DNA of 64,000 nucleotides from Candidatus Doudnabacteria bacterium RIFCSPHIGHO2_02_FULL_42_25. Its GTDB lineage: Bacteria > Patescibacteriota > Doudnabacteria > UBA920 > O2-02-FULL-48-8. Below, one piece after another: positions 9,225-19,758 of the stretch. The position numbers and the translations under genes are program-made. The notes below the pieces were generated by a model. That model searched no databases. It was not told the DNA's origin and saw nothing but the letters and a program-made list of their open reading frames with translations. How positions within the stretch are numbered: the first letter of the stretch is position 1; the number at the start of each line of letters is the position of its first letter. The DNA is taken from positions 13,673-77,672 of the forward strand of contig MFEQ01000005.1 of assembly GCA_001777665.1 (NCBI GenBank), in the 5' to 3' direction.

Positions 9225-9812
9225 ATGACGAATAGAGATATTGATTTCTTATACGAGATTGGATCATTGAGGAACGTGCCTAGAGGCTGGCGGCAGCATT
9301 TGGGTTTTGATGTTGCATCAGATTTGGAACACACAATCCGATTGATTTGGATAGCACTGATTATTTCAAGAATGGAAAAAGCTGGTGATGAAAATAAAAT
9401 TATCAAAATGGCACTCGTCCATGACGTAGCTGAAACTAGAACTTCAGATCTAAGCTATGTCCAGAAAGTTTACGTTAAAGCAGACGAGAGCAAAGCAGCT
9501 GATGATATGTTTGACGGAACAAGCGTTGCTGATTATCGCCACATCATAGAAGAATATGAAAAGCGAGATAGTATAGAAGCCAAGATCGTTAAAGATGCAG
9601 ATAATTTAGATATTGATTTAGAACTAAAAGAAATCGAAGAACTTGGATCTAAATTGCCTGGAAAGTGGGCAACAAACCGAAAATTAGTCAGGGATGAAAA
9701 ACTTTATACTCAATCTGCAAAAAAACTTTGGGAACAAATCCAATCCAGCGACCCAAGCGAGTGGCATATGAAAAGTAATAAGTGGCTCAAGGACCCAAAT
9801 GCTGGAAAATAA
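9225..9812 (+). CDS. HD-domain phosphohydrolase (YfbR-like 5'-deoxynucleotidase family)
   Basis: H...HD motif (LVHDVAETRTSDL). The track ORF begins at a GTG at 9171. The first ATG in frame is 9225. Confidence 0.6.
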   Translation: MTNRDIDFLYEIGSLRNVPRGWRQHLGFDVASDLEHTIRLIWIALIISRMEKAGDENKIIKMALVHDVAETRTSDLSYVQKVYVKADESKAADDMFDGTSVADYRHIIEEYEKRDSIEAKIVKDADNLDIDLELKEIEELGSKLPGKWATNRKLVRDEKLYTQSAKKLWEQIQSSDPSEWHMKSNKWLKDPNAGK

Positions 9813-9987
9813 TAAAGATTTATTATGGACACTTGCATTAGTGCTATTACCGGTAATTCTGTTGATATTTTTTACTTGGAAACGCGAGCTTAACTGGTAT
9901 AAAAATCCTCCTAAAAAGCTCAGCAAATATCAGGTTGCTATCGTGCTTGTTGTAATGCTTGCGTATTTATTGCTCGTAACCTTATGA
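9799..9987 (+). CDS. Small hydrophobic protein (2 TM)
   Basis: ORF track only. Overlaps both neighbours by a few nt in the usual operon style. Confidence 0.25.
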   Translation: MLENNKDLLWTLALVLLPVILLIFFTWKRELNWYKNPPKKLSKYQVAIVLVVMLAYLLLVTL

Positions 9988-10670
9988 TCAAACTGGTTGC
10001 TTTTGATTGGAACGGAACTCTTTTAGATGATATCGATGGCGGGACGATGGCTGAATCTGCCACGCGACTACACTTTGGATTTAAAGAAACAAACATTGAA
10101 GAAATTCGCGATCACTTTATTATCCCGATTAAACAATATTGGGTAAATGCTGGATTGAGTCCGGAATTTTTTGATAGTCGCGCTGAAGAGATAGAAGCTG
10201 TATATATGCAGCACTACGAACCAGAGGAAGCAAAAGTCAATCTGAGAGATGGGGCAAAAGATGCTCTTACTTGGTTAAATAACAACTCCATCGAATCGAT
10301 CATCTTTAGTAATCACATAGTTTCTCATATTGAAATTCAGAATGAAAGGCTTGGGATAAAGCATCTCATCAATCAAATTCTCGCTAGATCTACTAAGAAC
10401 GATATTACACACACCACGAAAACATTTAAAGACGAATTGCTAAAAGATTTTGTTAATAGTAAATCCTTAAACCCAAGCGAGGTTATGGTCGTAGGAGATA
10501 CTATCGAAGAGATTGAGATAGGACAAAAGTTTGGATATAAAGCAGTAGCTATAACAGGAGGATGGCAAAGTAAAAAAAGACTCAAAGCCGCGGCCCCTGA
10601 CTATATAATCCATAATCTGATAGAATTAAAGAATATTATTGAAAATATAGAAATCCATGGAAATATTTAA
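9984..10670 (+). CDS. HAD-superfamily phosphatase
   Basis: Motif I DxDGT (VAFDWNGTLLDD) and a later GDT motif. Confidence 0.7.
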   Translation: MIKLVAFDWNGTLLDDIDGGTMAESATRLHFGFKETNIEEIRDHFIIPIKQYWVNAGLSPEFFDSRAEEIEAVYMQHYEPEEAKVNLRDGAKDALTWLNNNSIESIIFSNHIVSHIEIQNERLGIKHLINQILARSTKNDITHTTKTFKDELLKDFVNSKSLNPSEVMVVGDTIEEIEIGQKFGYKAVAITGGWQSKKRLKAAAPDYIIHNLIELKNIIENIEIHGNI

Positions 10671-10845
10671 AACAATTTTAGGTATATTGCTAGTCATGGC
10701 ATTTTTTGCTTTTTTCATTCTGTTAAATTTCTCTATACACCTCACTTGGCTTTTCGGTAAAAAATCAGTACAACCAATCAACAGAATTATAATATCGATT
10801 ATTTTACTTTTAGCGATTATTACCATCGTTTCCTTTATTCTATAA
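10657..10845 (+). CDS. Small hydrophobic protein
   Basis: ORF track only. Confidence 0.25.
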   Translation: MEIFKTILGILLVMAFFAFFILLNFSIHLTWLFGKKSVQPINRIIISIILLLAIITIVSFIL

Positions 10846-10938
10846 CTCATCTATGGAAGACTTAATACGAGAAATTAAAAATTTAAAAGGTTAGATGATA
10901 TAATTCAAATTATACGAATACTATCCAAATGACCCGAA

Positions 10939-11250
10939 ATGGACGAAACTAGAATTGTTGAAAAAGAACTATCATATTTACGTGAAAAGGATATAACAAA
11001 AATGAATTCTCAATCATTGTCCGGCAATAGATTTGATTTTATTGTGGCTAATAAGATTATTGTCGATTTTAAAGCAAAGGCTTATATCACTAAGGATGAT
11101 TACAATCAGATGCAAAGATATTTAAAGAGTGCTAATCTAGAACTAGGAATAATTGTAAACATGCGTAATTATAACCTCAGACCAAAACGAATTCTAAATT
11201 CTGATTACACTCCTGCTTCGGATAATTCGGATGGTCATTCGGGTCATTAG
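10939..11250 (+). CDS. PD-(D/E)xK-fold GxxExxY-family-like protein (PDDEXK_3-like), N-terminal part divergent or missing
   Basis: The C-terminal block DFIVANKIIVDFKAKAYITKDDYNQMQRYLKSANLELGIIVNM matches the D..V.DK.IVE.KA...L....QL..YL...g..lGlLiNF pattern of GxxExxY proteins. Confidence 0.35.
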   Translation: MDETRIVEKELSYLREKDITKMNSQSLSGNRFDFIVANKIIVDFKAKAYITKDDYNQMQRYLKSANLELGIIVNMRNYNLRPKRILNSDYTPASDNSDGHSGH

Positions 11251-11265
11251 GATTAAATCAAAACT

Positions 11266-12367
11266 ATGATAGAAGAGTTACAAAGAAATATAGAAAGTCT
11301 CCAAAGCAATGCTAGGAACTTGAAGGAGCATCTTTGACCTGGGTCCAAAGAAACAAAAAATTCTTGAGTTAGAAGACGAGATGTCTGACCCGAAATTTTG
11401 GTCAGACCAGGACAATGCCAGGATCAAATCCAAGCAGGCGAGTGACCTCAAAAACGATGTAGACTCGTGGTTTAAGTTTGAACAAGATTTAGCCGATTTA
11501 GAAGAACTTTGCACTATGGCTGTCAAAGAGAGCGATAAGGCCCTTGAGCGTGATCTAAAGGCCAAATTTGAAGCCCTACAGGCTGCTTTTGAGCAATTCC
11601 GTCTAAGAACCTTTTTATCCGAAAAATATGATGATCACGACGCCCTTTTATCCATCCACGCCGGTGCTGGTGGTGTCGATGCCCAGGACTGGGCCGAGAT
11701 GCTGTTACGAATGTACGTGCGGTTTGCCGAATCCAAAAAGTTTAAAACACTTGTCATAGACGAAAGTCGTGGATCAGAAGCAGGGATCAAAAGTGTCGTC
11801 ATCGAAATCATCGGTCCTTATGCTTACGGTTTCTTTAAAAGTGAGGCCGGGGTCCACCGTCTGGTTCGTCAATCGCCTTTTAATTCGACTCATACCAGAG
11901 AAACATCTTTCGCATTGGTGGAAGTGTTGCCAGCCATCCAGCAACATGAATTTAAACTAAACTTAGATGAAATAGAAATTGAAGCCAAAACTAGCCGCGG
12001 GCATGGCGGTCAATCCGTAAATACAACTTATTCGGCTATCAGAGCCACTCATCGACCTACAGGGATCACCGTTACCATTCAAAACGAACGTTCGCAAGCG
12101 CAGAACAAAGAACAGGCACTGAAGATACTAGCGAGTAAACTAGCCCAACTCGAAGAACAAAAACGTCAGGAAGAAAAGTTAAAGATTAGAGGCGAGTTTC
12201 ATTCCGCCGAATGGGGGAATCAAATCCGATCCTATGTGTTGCATCCTTACAAATTAGTGAAGGATCATCGGACTAACTATGAAACTTCGGATGCGAGTGG
12301 TGTCTTAGAGGGGAACATCGAAGAGTTTATAAAGCGTTACTTAGAGAAAAATAGAAATCTGTTATAA
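11266..12367 (+). CDS. prfB: Peptide chain release factor 2 with programmed +1 frameshift. Join 11266..11334 and 11336..12367.
   Basis: ORF0 (MIEELQRNIESLQSNARNLKEHL) ends at the in-frame TGA at 11335-11337, inside the canonical CTT TGA C site. An AAGGAG SD-like element sits 3 nt upstream. The +1 frame continues DLGPKKQKILELEDEMSDPKFW into the track ORF 11381..12367, which carries the GGQ motif (RGHGGQSVNTT). Confidence 0.9.
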
Positions 12368-12376
12368 TAAATACAA

Positions 12377-13054
12377 ATGATCAAATTCGATTCAGTAACA
12401 AAAGCCTACAATAAAGTTTTAGCACTCAACAATGTTAATCTTGAAATTCACAAAGGTGAGTTTCTTTCTGTTGTCGGTCAATCCGGGGCAGGTAAATCGA
12501 CAATGATGTCTTTAATTATTGGAGAGGAACGACCCGATGAAGGTCAAATACTTATCGATGACATAGATATTGCAGCCATAAGGGCTAAGGACATTCCTTA
12601 CCTAAGACGAAAAATCGGTGTTGTTTTCCAAGATATCAAACTTTTGCCTATGCGTACCGCTTTTGAAAACATCGCCTTTGCCTTAGAAGTATCCGGCGAA
12701 AAACCCTCAATGATACAGAAAGAAGTTCCGAAGATTCTAGAAATGGTCGGATTAGAAGAAAAATCAAAAGCTTTTCCCCATGAAATGTCTGGTGGTGAAA
12801 GACAAAGAGTAGCGATTGCTCGGGCCTTAGCCCATAAACCAGTCTTACTTTTGGCAGATGAGCCTACCGGTAACCTTGATTCCATCAATGCTTGGGAAAT
12901 TATTCAGCTACTGCTAAAAATAAATAAAGCTGGAACCACGGTAATTCTAGCCACGCATGCCAAAGATATAGTTAACAGTGTCAAAAAGCGCGTCATAACT
13001 TTGGAAAACGGCGAAGTTGTCTACGACCAAGAAAAAGGGAAATACGTCCTATGA
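12377..13054 (+). CDS. ftsE: Cell-division ABC ATPase FtsE
   Basis: Walker A GQSGAGKST, signature LSGGERQRVAIARAL and short FtsE length. Confidence 0.9.
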   Translation: MIKFDSVTKAYNKVLALNNVNLEIHKGEFLSVVGQSGAGKSTMMSLIIGEERPDEGQILIDDIDIAAIRAKDIPYLRRKIGVVFQDIKLLPMRTAFENIAFALEVSGEKPSMIQKEVPKILEMVGLEEKSKAFPHEMSGGERQRVAIARALAHKPVLLLADEPTGNLDSINAWEIIQLLLKINKAGTTVILATHAKDIVNSVKKRVITLENGEVVYDQEKGKYVL

Positions 13055-13962
13055 CCAAGACCATCACAACCAGGCGAGTAGTCCGGTCGGCGGTCACAAA
13101 TTTTTTCCGCAATTTTTGGGTTTCTGTAGCCGCAACCTCTATGGTTGCAATTACTTTATTTATTATTTCAACAATTCTTGTGCTTTATACTCTTGCTGTG
13201 CTTTCGATCAGCAACAGTCAGGACAAAGTTGGCGTGATCACAGCATACTTTAATGATAAAACCACTGACCAGGAGATGGCGGATATCAAAGCTGAAGTAG
13301 AATTACTTCCCAATGTTCGAGAAGTCATTTTCATTTCTCACGAGGAAGCTGAACGAAGATTCCGCGAACGACACAAAGACAATTCAATTCTTATCAGTAG
13401 TCTAAGTGAATTTGAAAAACCCGTTCAAGCATCATTATCCATACGTTCCGAGGATTTGAATAATTACGAAGGTCTCTATAACGAATTGAAAAGTCAGAGA
13501 TATTCTGCGTACTTTGATCGTGTCAGTGATACGAGAGTAGTTATCGAGAAGTTATCGAGGATTATTGACTTCATCACGAAATTTGGAATTATTCTGGCGT
13601 TAATTTTCATGGCCGTGACCGTGATGGTGACGTTTAATACGATCAGACTGACTATTTATAATCGCCGGGAAGAAGTTGAGATTATGCGGCTCGTCGGTGC
13701 GACAAACTGGTACATTCGCTGGCCATTTATTATAGAAGCCATGATGTACGCTGTTTTGGCGACACTTATCGTCTCAATAGTTGCCTTCGGACTTTTATAT
13801 CTGCTCTCGGGGAGTATCGAAGAGTTTTTGTCGCTGGATAGCCTGGGTACGAATTTAATCAACGCCCTCTTTTCCAGAATCGTCATAGTAAACATCCTAG
13901 CAAGTTTGGGTTTATCCATCCTCGCGTCATATATTGCTATCCGAAGGTATTTGAAGATATAA
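13051..13962 (+). CDS. ftsX: Cell-division permease-like FtsX
   Basis: 4-TM FtsX topology with a periplasmic domain. Overlaps ftsE by 4 nt. Confidence 0.8.
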   Translation: MTKTITTRRVVRSAVTNFFRNFWVSVAATSMVAITLFIISTILVLYTLAVLSISNSQDKVGVITAYFNDKTTDQEMADIKAEVELLPNVREVIFISHEEAERRFRERHKDNSILISSLSEFEKPVQASLSIRSEDLNNYEGLYNELKSQRYSAYFDRVSDTRVVIEKLSRIIDFITKFGIILALIFMAVTVMVTFNTIRLTIYNRREEVEIMRLVGATNWYIRWPFIIEAMMYAVLATLIVSIVAFGLLYLLSGSIEEFLSLDSLGTNLINALFSRIVIVNILASLGLSILASYIAIRRYLKI

Positions 13963-13969
13963 TCACTTT

Positions 13970-14419
13970 ATGAAAGTGATTCTAACCAAAGACGTGGCTG
14001 GAATGGGTCGCGCTGGCGATATCAAAGAAGTCTCTGATGGGCATGCCAGAAATTTTTTAATTCCAAAACATTTGGCTTTGCCAGCAACAACTGATGTACT
14101 TGCTCGAGTTCAGAAAGAAGAAAAAGAACATCAAGAAAAAGTTAAAAGGTTGCAAGAACAAGCTGGTACACTAAAAAGTAAAATCGAAAACAAAACTTTT
14201 ATCATCACGGTCAAAGACAGCGGTGTGCACAAGCTATATTCCGCTATTCACGAAGATCAGATCGCCCAGGAAATAAGTAAAAAAATTGACTTGTCTATCG
14301 CGCCAATTCAGGTTATAATCAAGCAAGCTATTAACACTTTGGGCATTCATGATGCCGAAATTAAATTAACAGATTCTATCCATGCCACGGTCAAAATCGA
14401 AGTCAAGAAACAGAACTAA
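13970..14419 (+). CDS. rplI: 50S ribosomal protein L9
   Basis: L9 N-domain ([33 protein letters not shown]). Confidence 0.85.
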   Translation: MKVILTKDVAGMGRAGDIKEVSDGHARNFLIPKHLALPATTDVLARVQKEEKEHQEKVKRLQEQAGTLKSKIENKTFIITVKDSGVHKLYSAIHEDQIAQEISKKIDLSIAPIQVIIKQAINTLGIHDAEIKLTDSIHATVKIEVKKQN

Positions 14420-16037
14420 AAGATCAACCAAGTATATTTTCGTCTCCGGAGGTGTTATTTCTGGTCTCGGAAAGGGGATCACAGCGGCATCGATTGCCGC
14501 TATTTTAAAGGGCAAAGGCTACACCATCTCACCGGTTAAAGTCGATATGTATCTCAACCAAGACGCTGGCACCATCCGTCCGCAGGAACACGGGGAAGTT
14601 TTTGTTGCTGATGATGGAATCGAGACTGATCAGGACTTGGGTCATTACGAAAGATTTCTCAACACCAATCTTTCCAAAGTTAATTACATGACCACAGGTC
14701 AGGTCTACGGTGAAGTCCTCCGTAAAGAGCGCGCTTTTGAATATGACGGAGAAGACGTGGAAGCAATCCCGCATGTCACTGACGAAATTATTCGCCGGTT
14801 TAAACAAGCCGGCAAAAACGCAGATATCGTGATTATCGAACTCGGCGGCACAGTAGGTGAGTACCAAAATGCAATTTTCTTTGAAGCCTCTCGTATCATG
14901 AAGCTCCGAGCGCCTAAAGATGTCATCCAAGTTCATGTCGCTTACTTACCAATCCCGGGGAATTTGGGAGAAATGAAATCCAAACCAGTTCAGCAATCCG
15001 TCCGATTGTTAAACGCCATGGGCATTGAACCAGATTTTATAGTGGCGAGAGCTGAACACTATGTCGACGATAGACGTAAAGAACGAATTGCACTTTTTTG
15101 CAATGTCAAAAAAGAAGATGTTATTTCTAACCCTGATCTAAATTCAATTTACGAAGTGCCTTTGGTTTTGCAGCAACAAAAATTCGGTGAGAAAATTCTA
15201 AACAAATTCAATTTGCCGACAGGTCGCAAAAATTTGGAACAATGGAGAAAACTGGTCCGAACCATGAAAACGGTGAAAAAAGAAGTTCACATCGGTGTAG
15301 TCGGCAAATACTTTGGTACTGGCAATTATCACTTGTCTGACGTCTATGTTTCGATTATAGAAGCACTAAAAGCTGCCTCATGGTATAACAAAGTTAAACC
15401 CGTTCTTCACTGGATTGATTCAGAGAAGATTGAAAAAGAAGGAACAGCCATTTTACATAAAATGGATGGAATTGTCATTACTCCCGGCTTTGGTAAACGG
15501 GGGATAGAAGGAATGATTTCGGCTATTAATTATGCTCGAACCAAAAAGGTTCCTTATCTGGGCTTGTGTTATGGTATGCAGATGGCAACTATCGAGTTCG
15601 CTAGGAATGTTTTGAGGCTCAAAAACGCCCATACTGTGGAAGTAGACGATGGAACACCGCACCCAGTCATAAACATCATGCCAGATCAAGAAAAAAAGCT
15701 TCTGAAGAGAGATTATGGGGCATCGATGCGTCTGGGAGCATGGGTTTGTGTTCTCAAGCCAGGATCAAAAGCCGAAAAAGCCTATGGCACCAGGAGAATT
15801 ATGGAGCGCCATCGCCATCGCTACGAATTCAATAATAAGTATCGCAAGCAATTTGAAGCCAAAGGATTTGTCTTTTCAGGAACCTCACCAGACGGTCATT
15901 TAGTAGAAATTATCGAGATAGCTGATCATCCATTCTTCGTCGGAGTCCAGTTCCACCCAGAATTCAAATCGCGCCCACTTGCCCCAGGTCCGCTCTTTAG
16001 AGACTTCGTCAAAGCATCGATAAAGAATAAGAAATAG
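14382..16037 (+). CDS. pyrG: CTP synthase
   Basis: [22 protein letters not shown] and a GATase domain with the catalytic Cys (GLCYGMQ). The only in-frame start is the ATG at 14382, which gives a K/R/S-rich 16-aa N-terminal extension and a 38-nt overlap with rplI. Confidence 0.85.
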   Translation: MPRSKSKSRNRTKRSTKYIFVSGGVISGLGKGITAASIAAILKGKGYTISPVKVDMYLNQDAGTIRPQEHGEVFVADDGIETDQDLGHYERFLNTNLSKVNYMTTGQVYGEVLRKERAFEYDGEDVEAIPHVTDEIIRRFKQAGKNADIVIIELGGTVGEYQNAIFFEASRIMKLRAPKDVIQVHVAYLPIPGNLGEMKSKPVQQSVRLLNAMGIEPDFIVARAEHYVDDRRKERIALFCNVKKEDVISNPDLNSIYEVPLVLQQQKFGEKILNKFNLPTGRKNLEQWRKLVRTMKTVKKEVHIGVVGKYFGTGNYHLSDVYVSIIEALKAASWYNKVKPVLHWIDSEKIEKEGTAILHKMDGIVITPGFGKRGIEGMISAINYARTKKVPYLGLCYGMQMATIEFARNVLRLKNAHTVEVDDGTPHPVINIMPDQEKKLLKRDYGASMRLGAWVCVLKPGSKAEKAYGTRRIMERHRHRYEFNNKYRKQFEAKGFVFSGTSPDGHLVEIIEIADHPFFVGVQFHPEFKSRPLAPGPLFRDFVKASIKNKK

Positions 16038-16044
16038 GTTATAA

Positions 16045-16072
16045 CAAAAAAGCCTCGTTGAGAGGCTTTTTT
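16045..16072. terminator. Bidirectional rho-independent terminator between pyrG (+) and rpmA (-)
   Basis: AGCCTC-loop-GAGGCT stem with an A-run upstream and a T-run downstream. Confidence 0.5.
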
Positions 16073-16348
16073 CTATTTTACTATGTGGACAAACTTTCTA
16101 AGATGAAGGCTGCCATCGAAACCCCGCATTTTTTTGGATGTAAACTTTACTGTTCCATCGGCGACTGCGTACAAAGTGTCGTCAGAACCTTTGCGAACGT
16201 TTTTGCCTGGATGCCATTTGGTACCACGCTGACGGATCAGAACGCTACCAACATGAGCTGATTGACCACCGAAAATTTTCACACCTAGTCTTTTGGCTTG
16301 GGAGTCTCTACCTAGTGCTGTAGAACCTCCGGCTTTCTTATGTGCCAT
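16073..16348 (-). CDS. rpmA: 50S ribosomal protein L27
   Basis: [24 protein letters not shown]. Confidence 0.9.
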   Translation of the reverse strand: MAHKKAGGSTALGRDSQAKRLGVKIFGGQSAHVGSVLIRQRGTKWHPGKNVRKGSDDTLYAVADGTVKFTSKKMRGFDGSLHLRKFVHIVK

Positions 16349-16351
16349 GTC

Positions 16352-17686
16352 TTATTCCTTATCAGCGGATTCTGTCTCCGATGCGTTTGCATCTTCTATT
16401 ACAGGTTCCGTCTTAATGATTTCACCGTAATGAAAAACTATTATTTCTCTAGCCACTACCTGATCTTTTCTATCGTAAATTATCGATTTTCTAGGGGTTA
16501 CTCGTAAAAATTTATATTTCGTGGATAAATCTTTAGGTAATGGATCTAAGACAGTATACCCATTTTGCTCGGCAAAGTCAAGATCTGGCATCTGTTCATA
16601 AGCTGATGCGCTGACTCTGTAAGCCGGTAAGCATAAAATTACTCGACTGCCTTCAGTGAGGAATTTTTTGAATTCTTTGAAGACTTGATCGTAGAGTTTG
16701 CTTAAATTTTTAAAATTATTCTGCATTTCAGGCTTTTTGGGCATTTTGCCATAGATAGGACCCAGTGTACCCTCTGTAACTATTGCCGCAATCTTTAGAT
16801 TCGGGATTTGCATAGAAATTTCTGCCGCATGTGACTTGAACAGCTTATATCGACCAGGGGAGACATGATAGCGATTTCGAAACCATTCCAAATTTTTCTC
16901 GCTATTCTCAATCATTTTTTGTTCAAGGTCAGAGCCAAGCGCTTTATATCCCATGAGCATGGCTTCCTGTAGAATTGTGCCTGATCCACAAAAAGGATCG
17001 AGGATCTGACCCAATGGCTTAAGGGGTCCAGCTAAATTAATCATGATCTGTGCAACTTTCGGAGGAATCATCCCGACTTTTTCATCACGTGAAGGGCGTT
17101 GGTAATCGCGTCTTCCATAATCTTCGTAGTTTTGGACGACTAAAGTTTTACCAACGAACAAACGTTGGTTACCACTAATGATCACAATCTCGGCCCCTTT
17201 GTTCAATATCTGATTTTCAGTAACTTGAACAGAGGAAAGTGCTTGGGAGGGGAATTGAGGCAAGACAGCTCGAACACTCTGAGCTTGATCTTGAAGAATT
17301 TTTTTGATTAAAAAAGCAATTCGTCCAACTTCTTCACGAAATCGGATACTCGGGTCGAGCGAATATATCGAAACACCGAATTGTTTCTTACCAGTATAGT
17401 CGTGGAAATATCCCTTGATCTGCTTATAGGTAAAGTAATTAGTCAGAACTTGGGACGGGTATTCCTTACCCTTCTTTTGAAAAGTATCAATTAAGCGTAT
17501 AATTTTAATAACCCCACCTAAGTGGGCCTGGAATTCTTCAGCTTTTATCTGCTGATCCAATTCTAAAACCACGACTTCGGGCGAACATGCCTTTACTTGG
17601 TACTTAATTCCTTTCGAAATTAAGACTTGGAGTAATTCAGCCAAAGATAAAGTATAGACCCTCCCTAGGACAAATGCGTACTGCAT
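16352..17686 (-). CDS. SAM-dependent RNA methyltransferase of the Trm11/RlmL (COG1041/COG0116) type with an atypical motif IV
   Basis: Motif I LDPFCGSGTILQEA is preceded by PPKVAQIMINLAG as in m2G methyltransferases. The position of the (D/N)PPY motif reads TEGTLGP instead. Start set at the internal Met (MQYAFVLGR...), because the track start at 17722 overlaps the divergent gene by 36 nt. Confidence 0.5.
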   Translation of the reverse strand: MQYAFVLGRVYTLSLAELLQVLISKGIKYQVKACSPEVVVLELDQQIKAEEFQAHLGGVIKIIRLIDTFQKKGKEYPSQVLTNYFTYKQIKGYFHDYTGKKQFGVSIYSLDPSIRFREEVGRIAFLIKKILQDQAQSVRAVLPQFPSQALSSVQVTENQILNKGAEIVIISGNQRLFVGKTLVVQNYEDYGRRDYQRPSRDEKVGMIPPKVAQIMINLAGPLKPLGQILDPFCGSGTILQEAMLMGYKALGSDLEQKMIENSEKNLEWFRNRYHVSPGRYKLFKSHAAEISMQIPNLKIAAIVTEGTLGPIYGKMPKKPEMQNNFKNLSKLYDQVFKEFKKFLTEGSRVILCLPAYRVSASAYEQMPDLDFAEQNGYTVLDPLPKDLSTKYKFLRVTPRKSIIYDRKDQVVAREIIVFHYGEIIKTEPVIEDANASETESADKE

Positions 17687-18022
17687 ATGATAATTAAAGA
17701 ATTTATTAAAACTCACCAGCAAGCAATAGTTCTCACAATCGGCTACGTACTCGTGGCAAGTCTTGGGTTTGGATTAGGACAATTTACTACCAACAAAACT
17801 GAGGCGCCTGAAATCAAAGTCGAACAAGCTTTTACACCTACTAATTATACTCCAACTGTGTCTGGAACTCAACAGATCTGCGACGGCAAAATCAAAGGCT
17901 CGAAAAGCATGATCTATCATTTGCCAGGTGGTGCTTTTTATGATAAAACAACTAGTCCGATAAGGTGTTTCGACACCGAAGCCGAAGCCAAATCCGCAGG
18001 CTTCAGAAAGTCATCCAGATGA
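17687..18022 (+). CDS. Membrane-anchored small protein with a C-terminal YHxPG...CFxTEAEAxxAGFR motif
   Basis: N-terminal TM. C-terminal motif MIYHLPGGAFYDKTTSPIRCFDTEAEAKSAGFRKS resembles small metal-binding C-terminal modules of secreted bacterial proteins. Confidence 0.4.
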   Translation: MIIKEFIKTHQQAIVLTIGYVLVASLGFGLGQFTTNKTEAPEIKVEQAFTPTNYTPTVSGTQQICDGKIKGSKSMIYHLPGGAFYDKTTSPIRCFDTEAEAKSAGFRKSSR

Positions 18023-19191
18023 AAAGAATTTACTTAGACTATGCAGCGACAACTCCAGTTGATAAACGCGTGGTGAAAGCCATGCGAGATTTTGAATTGG
18101 AGCACTTCGGCAATCCTAGTTCGACTCATCGAGAAGGCCAGACCGCTAGAGCCAAAATTGATTTCGCTCGGGAAACCATAGCTAAGTTTCTAAATGCTCG
18201 GCCACAAGAAATTATTTTTACATCTGGCGCGACAGAAGCCAATAACCTAGCAATTAAGGGTATCGTTCAGCATTACTATCTAAACAACTACAAACAAAAG
18301 CCGCATGTGGTCACAACTAAGTTAGAACATCAGTCTGTTTATAATATCATAAAAGATTTAGAGAAAAAGGGGATAGTCGAGGCAACTTTTGTTCAACCGG
18401 ATAAAGATGGGATAATAAAAGTACAAGAAGTACTGGAAGCTGTGAGAGAGAACACAATTCTAGTCAGCACGATCTTCGTTTCAAACGAAATCGGTTCAGT
18501 TCTACCAATCCGTGAAATCGGAAACCATCTATCCACTCTAACCTATAACCTAAAACCTGCTTTTCATGTGGACGGAGTTCAAGCAGCTAAATTTTATAAT
18601 TTAAATGTCGAAAAATTAAATTGTGATTTACTTACCCTATCTGCTCACAAAATTTCTGGACCAAAGGGGATAGGGGCGTTATTCGTAAAGACAGGGGTCA
18701 AGCTCGACAAATTAATGGAAGGTGGTTCCCAGGAGTACGGACTACGCCCAGGGACCCAAAATACCTCTGGGATCATTGGATTTGCCCATGCGGTTGAATT
18801 ACTAGGTCCACTGGAACAACGCCAAAAAAATTCTGAAAAAATCTCTAAACTTCGGGATAAATTTATAAAAAATCTTTTAAAAATTTCTGGTATTGAATTA
18901 AATGGACCCTTGGGGGATAATCGAACCGCTGATATAGTCAGTCTGACAATTCGAGATGTGGATCAAGATGCCATCATGACTGCCCTAGACCTAGCAGGAA
19001 TTGCCGCTTCCACCGGCTCGGCATGTGTTTCCGGCTCATCCACACCATCCCACGTCATAGAAGCCCTAGGTAAGGTCAAAAACGGCTCTGCGGCAACAGT
19101 TAGGTTTACCTTGGGCTTACAAACAACTTCTAAAGACCTAGATTATACGACAGCTCAGCTGAAACAAATAATTGAAAATTTAATAAAATAA
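18019..19191 (+). CDS. Cysteine desulfurase (IscS/NifS family, PLP-dependent)
   Basis: Class-V aminotransferase motifs and the PLP lysine in SAHKISGPKGIGAL. Start moved to the ATG at 18019 (MKRIYLDYAATTP). Confidence 0.85.
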   Translation: MKRIYLDYAATTPVDKRVVKAMRDFELEHFGNPSSTHREGQTARAKIDFARETIAKFLNARPQEIIFTSGATEANNLAIKGIVQHYYLNNYKQKPHVVTTKLEHQSVYNIIKDLEKKGIVEATFVQPDKDGIIKVQEVLEAVRENTILVSTIFVSNEIGSVLPIREIGNHLSTLTYNLKPAFHVDGVQAAKFYNLNVEKLNCDLLTLSAHKISGPKGIGALFVKTGVKLDKLMEGGSQEYGLRPGTQNTSGIIGFAHAVELLGPLEQRQKNSEKISKLRDKFIKNLLKISGIELNGPLGDNRTADIVSLTIRDVDQDAIMTALDLAGIAASTGSACVSGSSTPSHVIEALGKVKNGSAATVRFTLGLQTTSKDLDYTTAQLKQIIENLIK

Positions 19192-19215
19192 AAAAACCGA
19201 AGTGGGTGACTTCGG

Positions 19216-19758
19216 CTAGGATGCTTTACGGCGTCTGCTGCCCACACCTGAACGTGCCAGCACTTCTATGATCGCAGATCGAAGTTTCTCGCGATTTATA
19301 TTGCGATCGATGAAGTACTTAGTCGTGCGAGGCAGGAGGCGCTTAAGCTCCTCATCAAGATCAAATGGTGGCTTCAGATTGTGCTTCACCCAATCCATCA
19401 AAGATCCAGGATCTGTTTTTAACGCCAAAATGTTTCGTTTTGCCTCCTCAATACTGATTTCTGGGTCAGACCCTGTTCGCGCCTTCTCCACGAGTACACG
19501 TCTAAGCGTCTCTCGAAGGTCATTTGAGTGAATCGTCAGATGAGCTGTGATTCCAGCCTGTGCGGCCAATCTTCGCACCCTGAAGTATTCACGGTCTGAA
19601 TGACTCTTCGGTACGCAAATCAGTTGTGTACCCTTAGGAAAATCCGACTGAGTCTGGATTTGATAAACCCTTTTAAACGACGCGCCCCGCGATTCGAACA
19701 GGTTCTTATCCGCTTCGCTCAAAGGGGCGGAATCGATAACAAGCACGATCTTGTGCAT
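19216..19758 (-). CDS. Hypothetical protein, GC-rich orphan (about 50% GC) with an AAGGAGGA RBS
   Basis: ORF track. No recognisable domain. Compositional outlier next to the LAGLIDADG remnant. Confidence 0.4.
   Translation of the reverse strand: MHKIVLVIDSAPLSEADKNLFESRGASFKRVYQIQTQSDFPKGTQLICVPKSHSDREYFRVRRLAAQAGITAHLTIHSNDLRETLRRVLVEKARTGSDPEISIEEAKRNILALKTDPGSLMDWVKHNLKPPFDLDEELKRLLPRTTKYFIDRNINREKLRSAIIEVLARSGVGSRRRKAS

Noticed and set aside
11278-11565. 95-aa minus-strand ORF across the prfB frameshift region
   Set aside because: It is antisense to the conserved RF2 N-terminus and to the programmed frameshift site. No RBS. Spurious.
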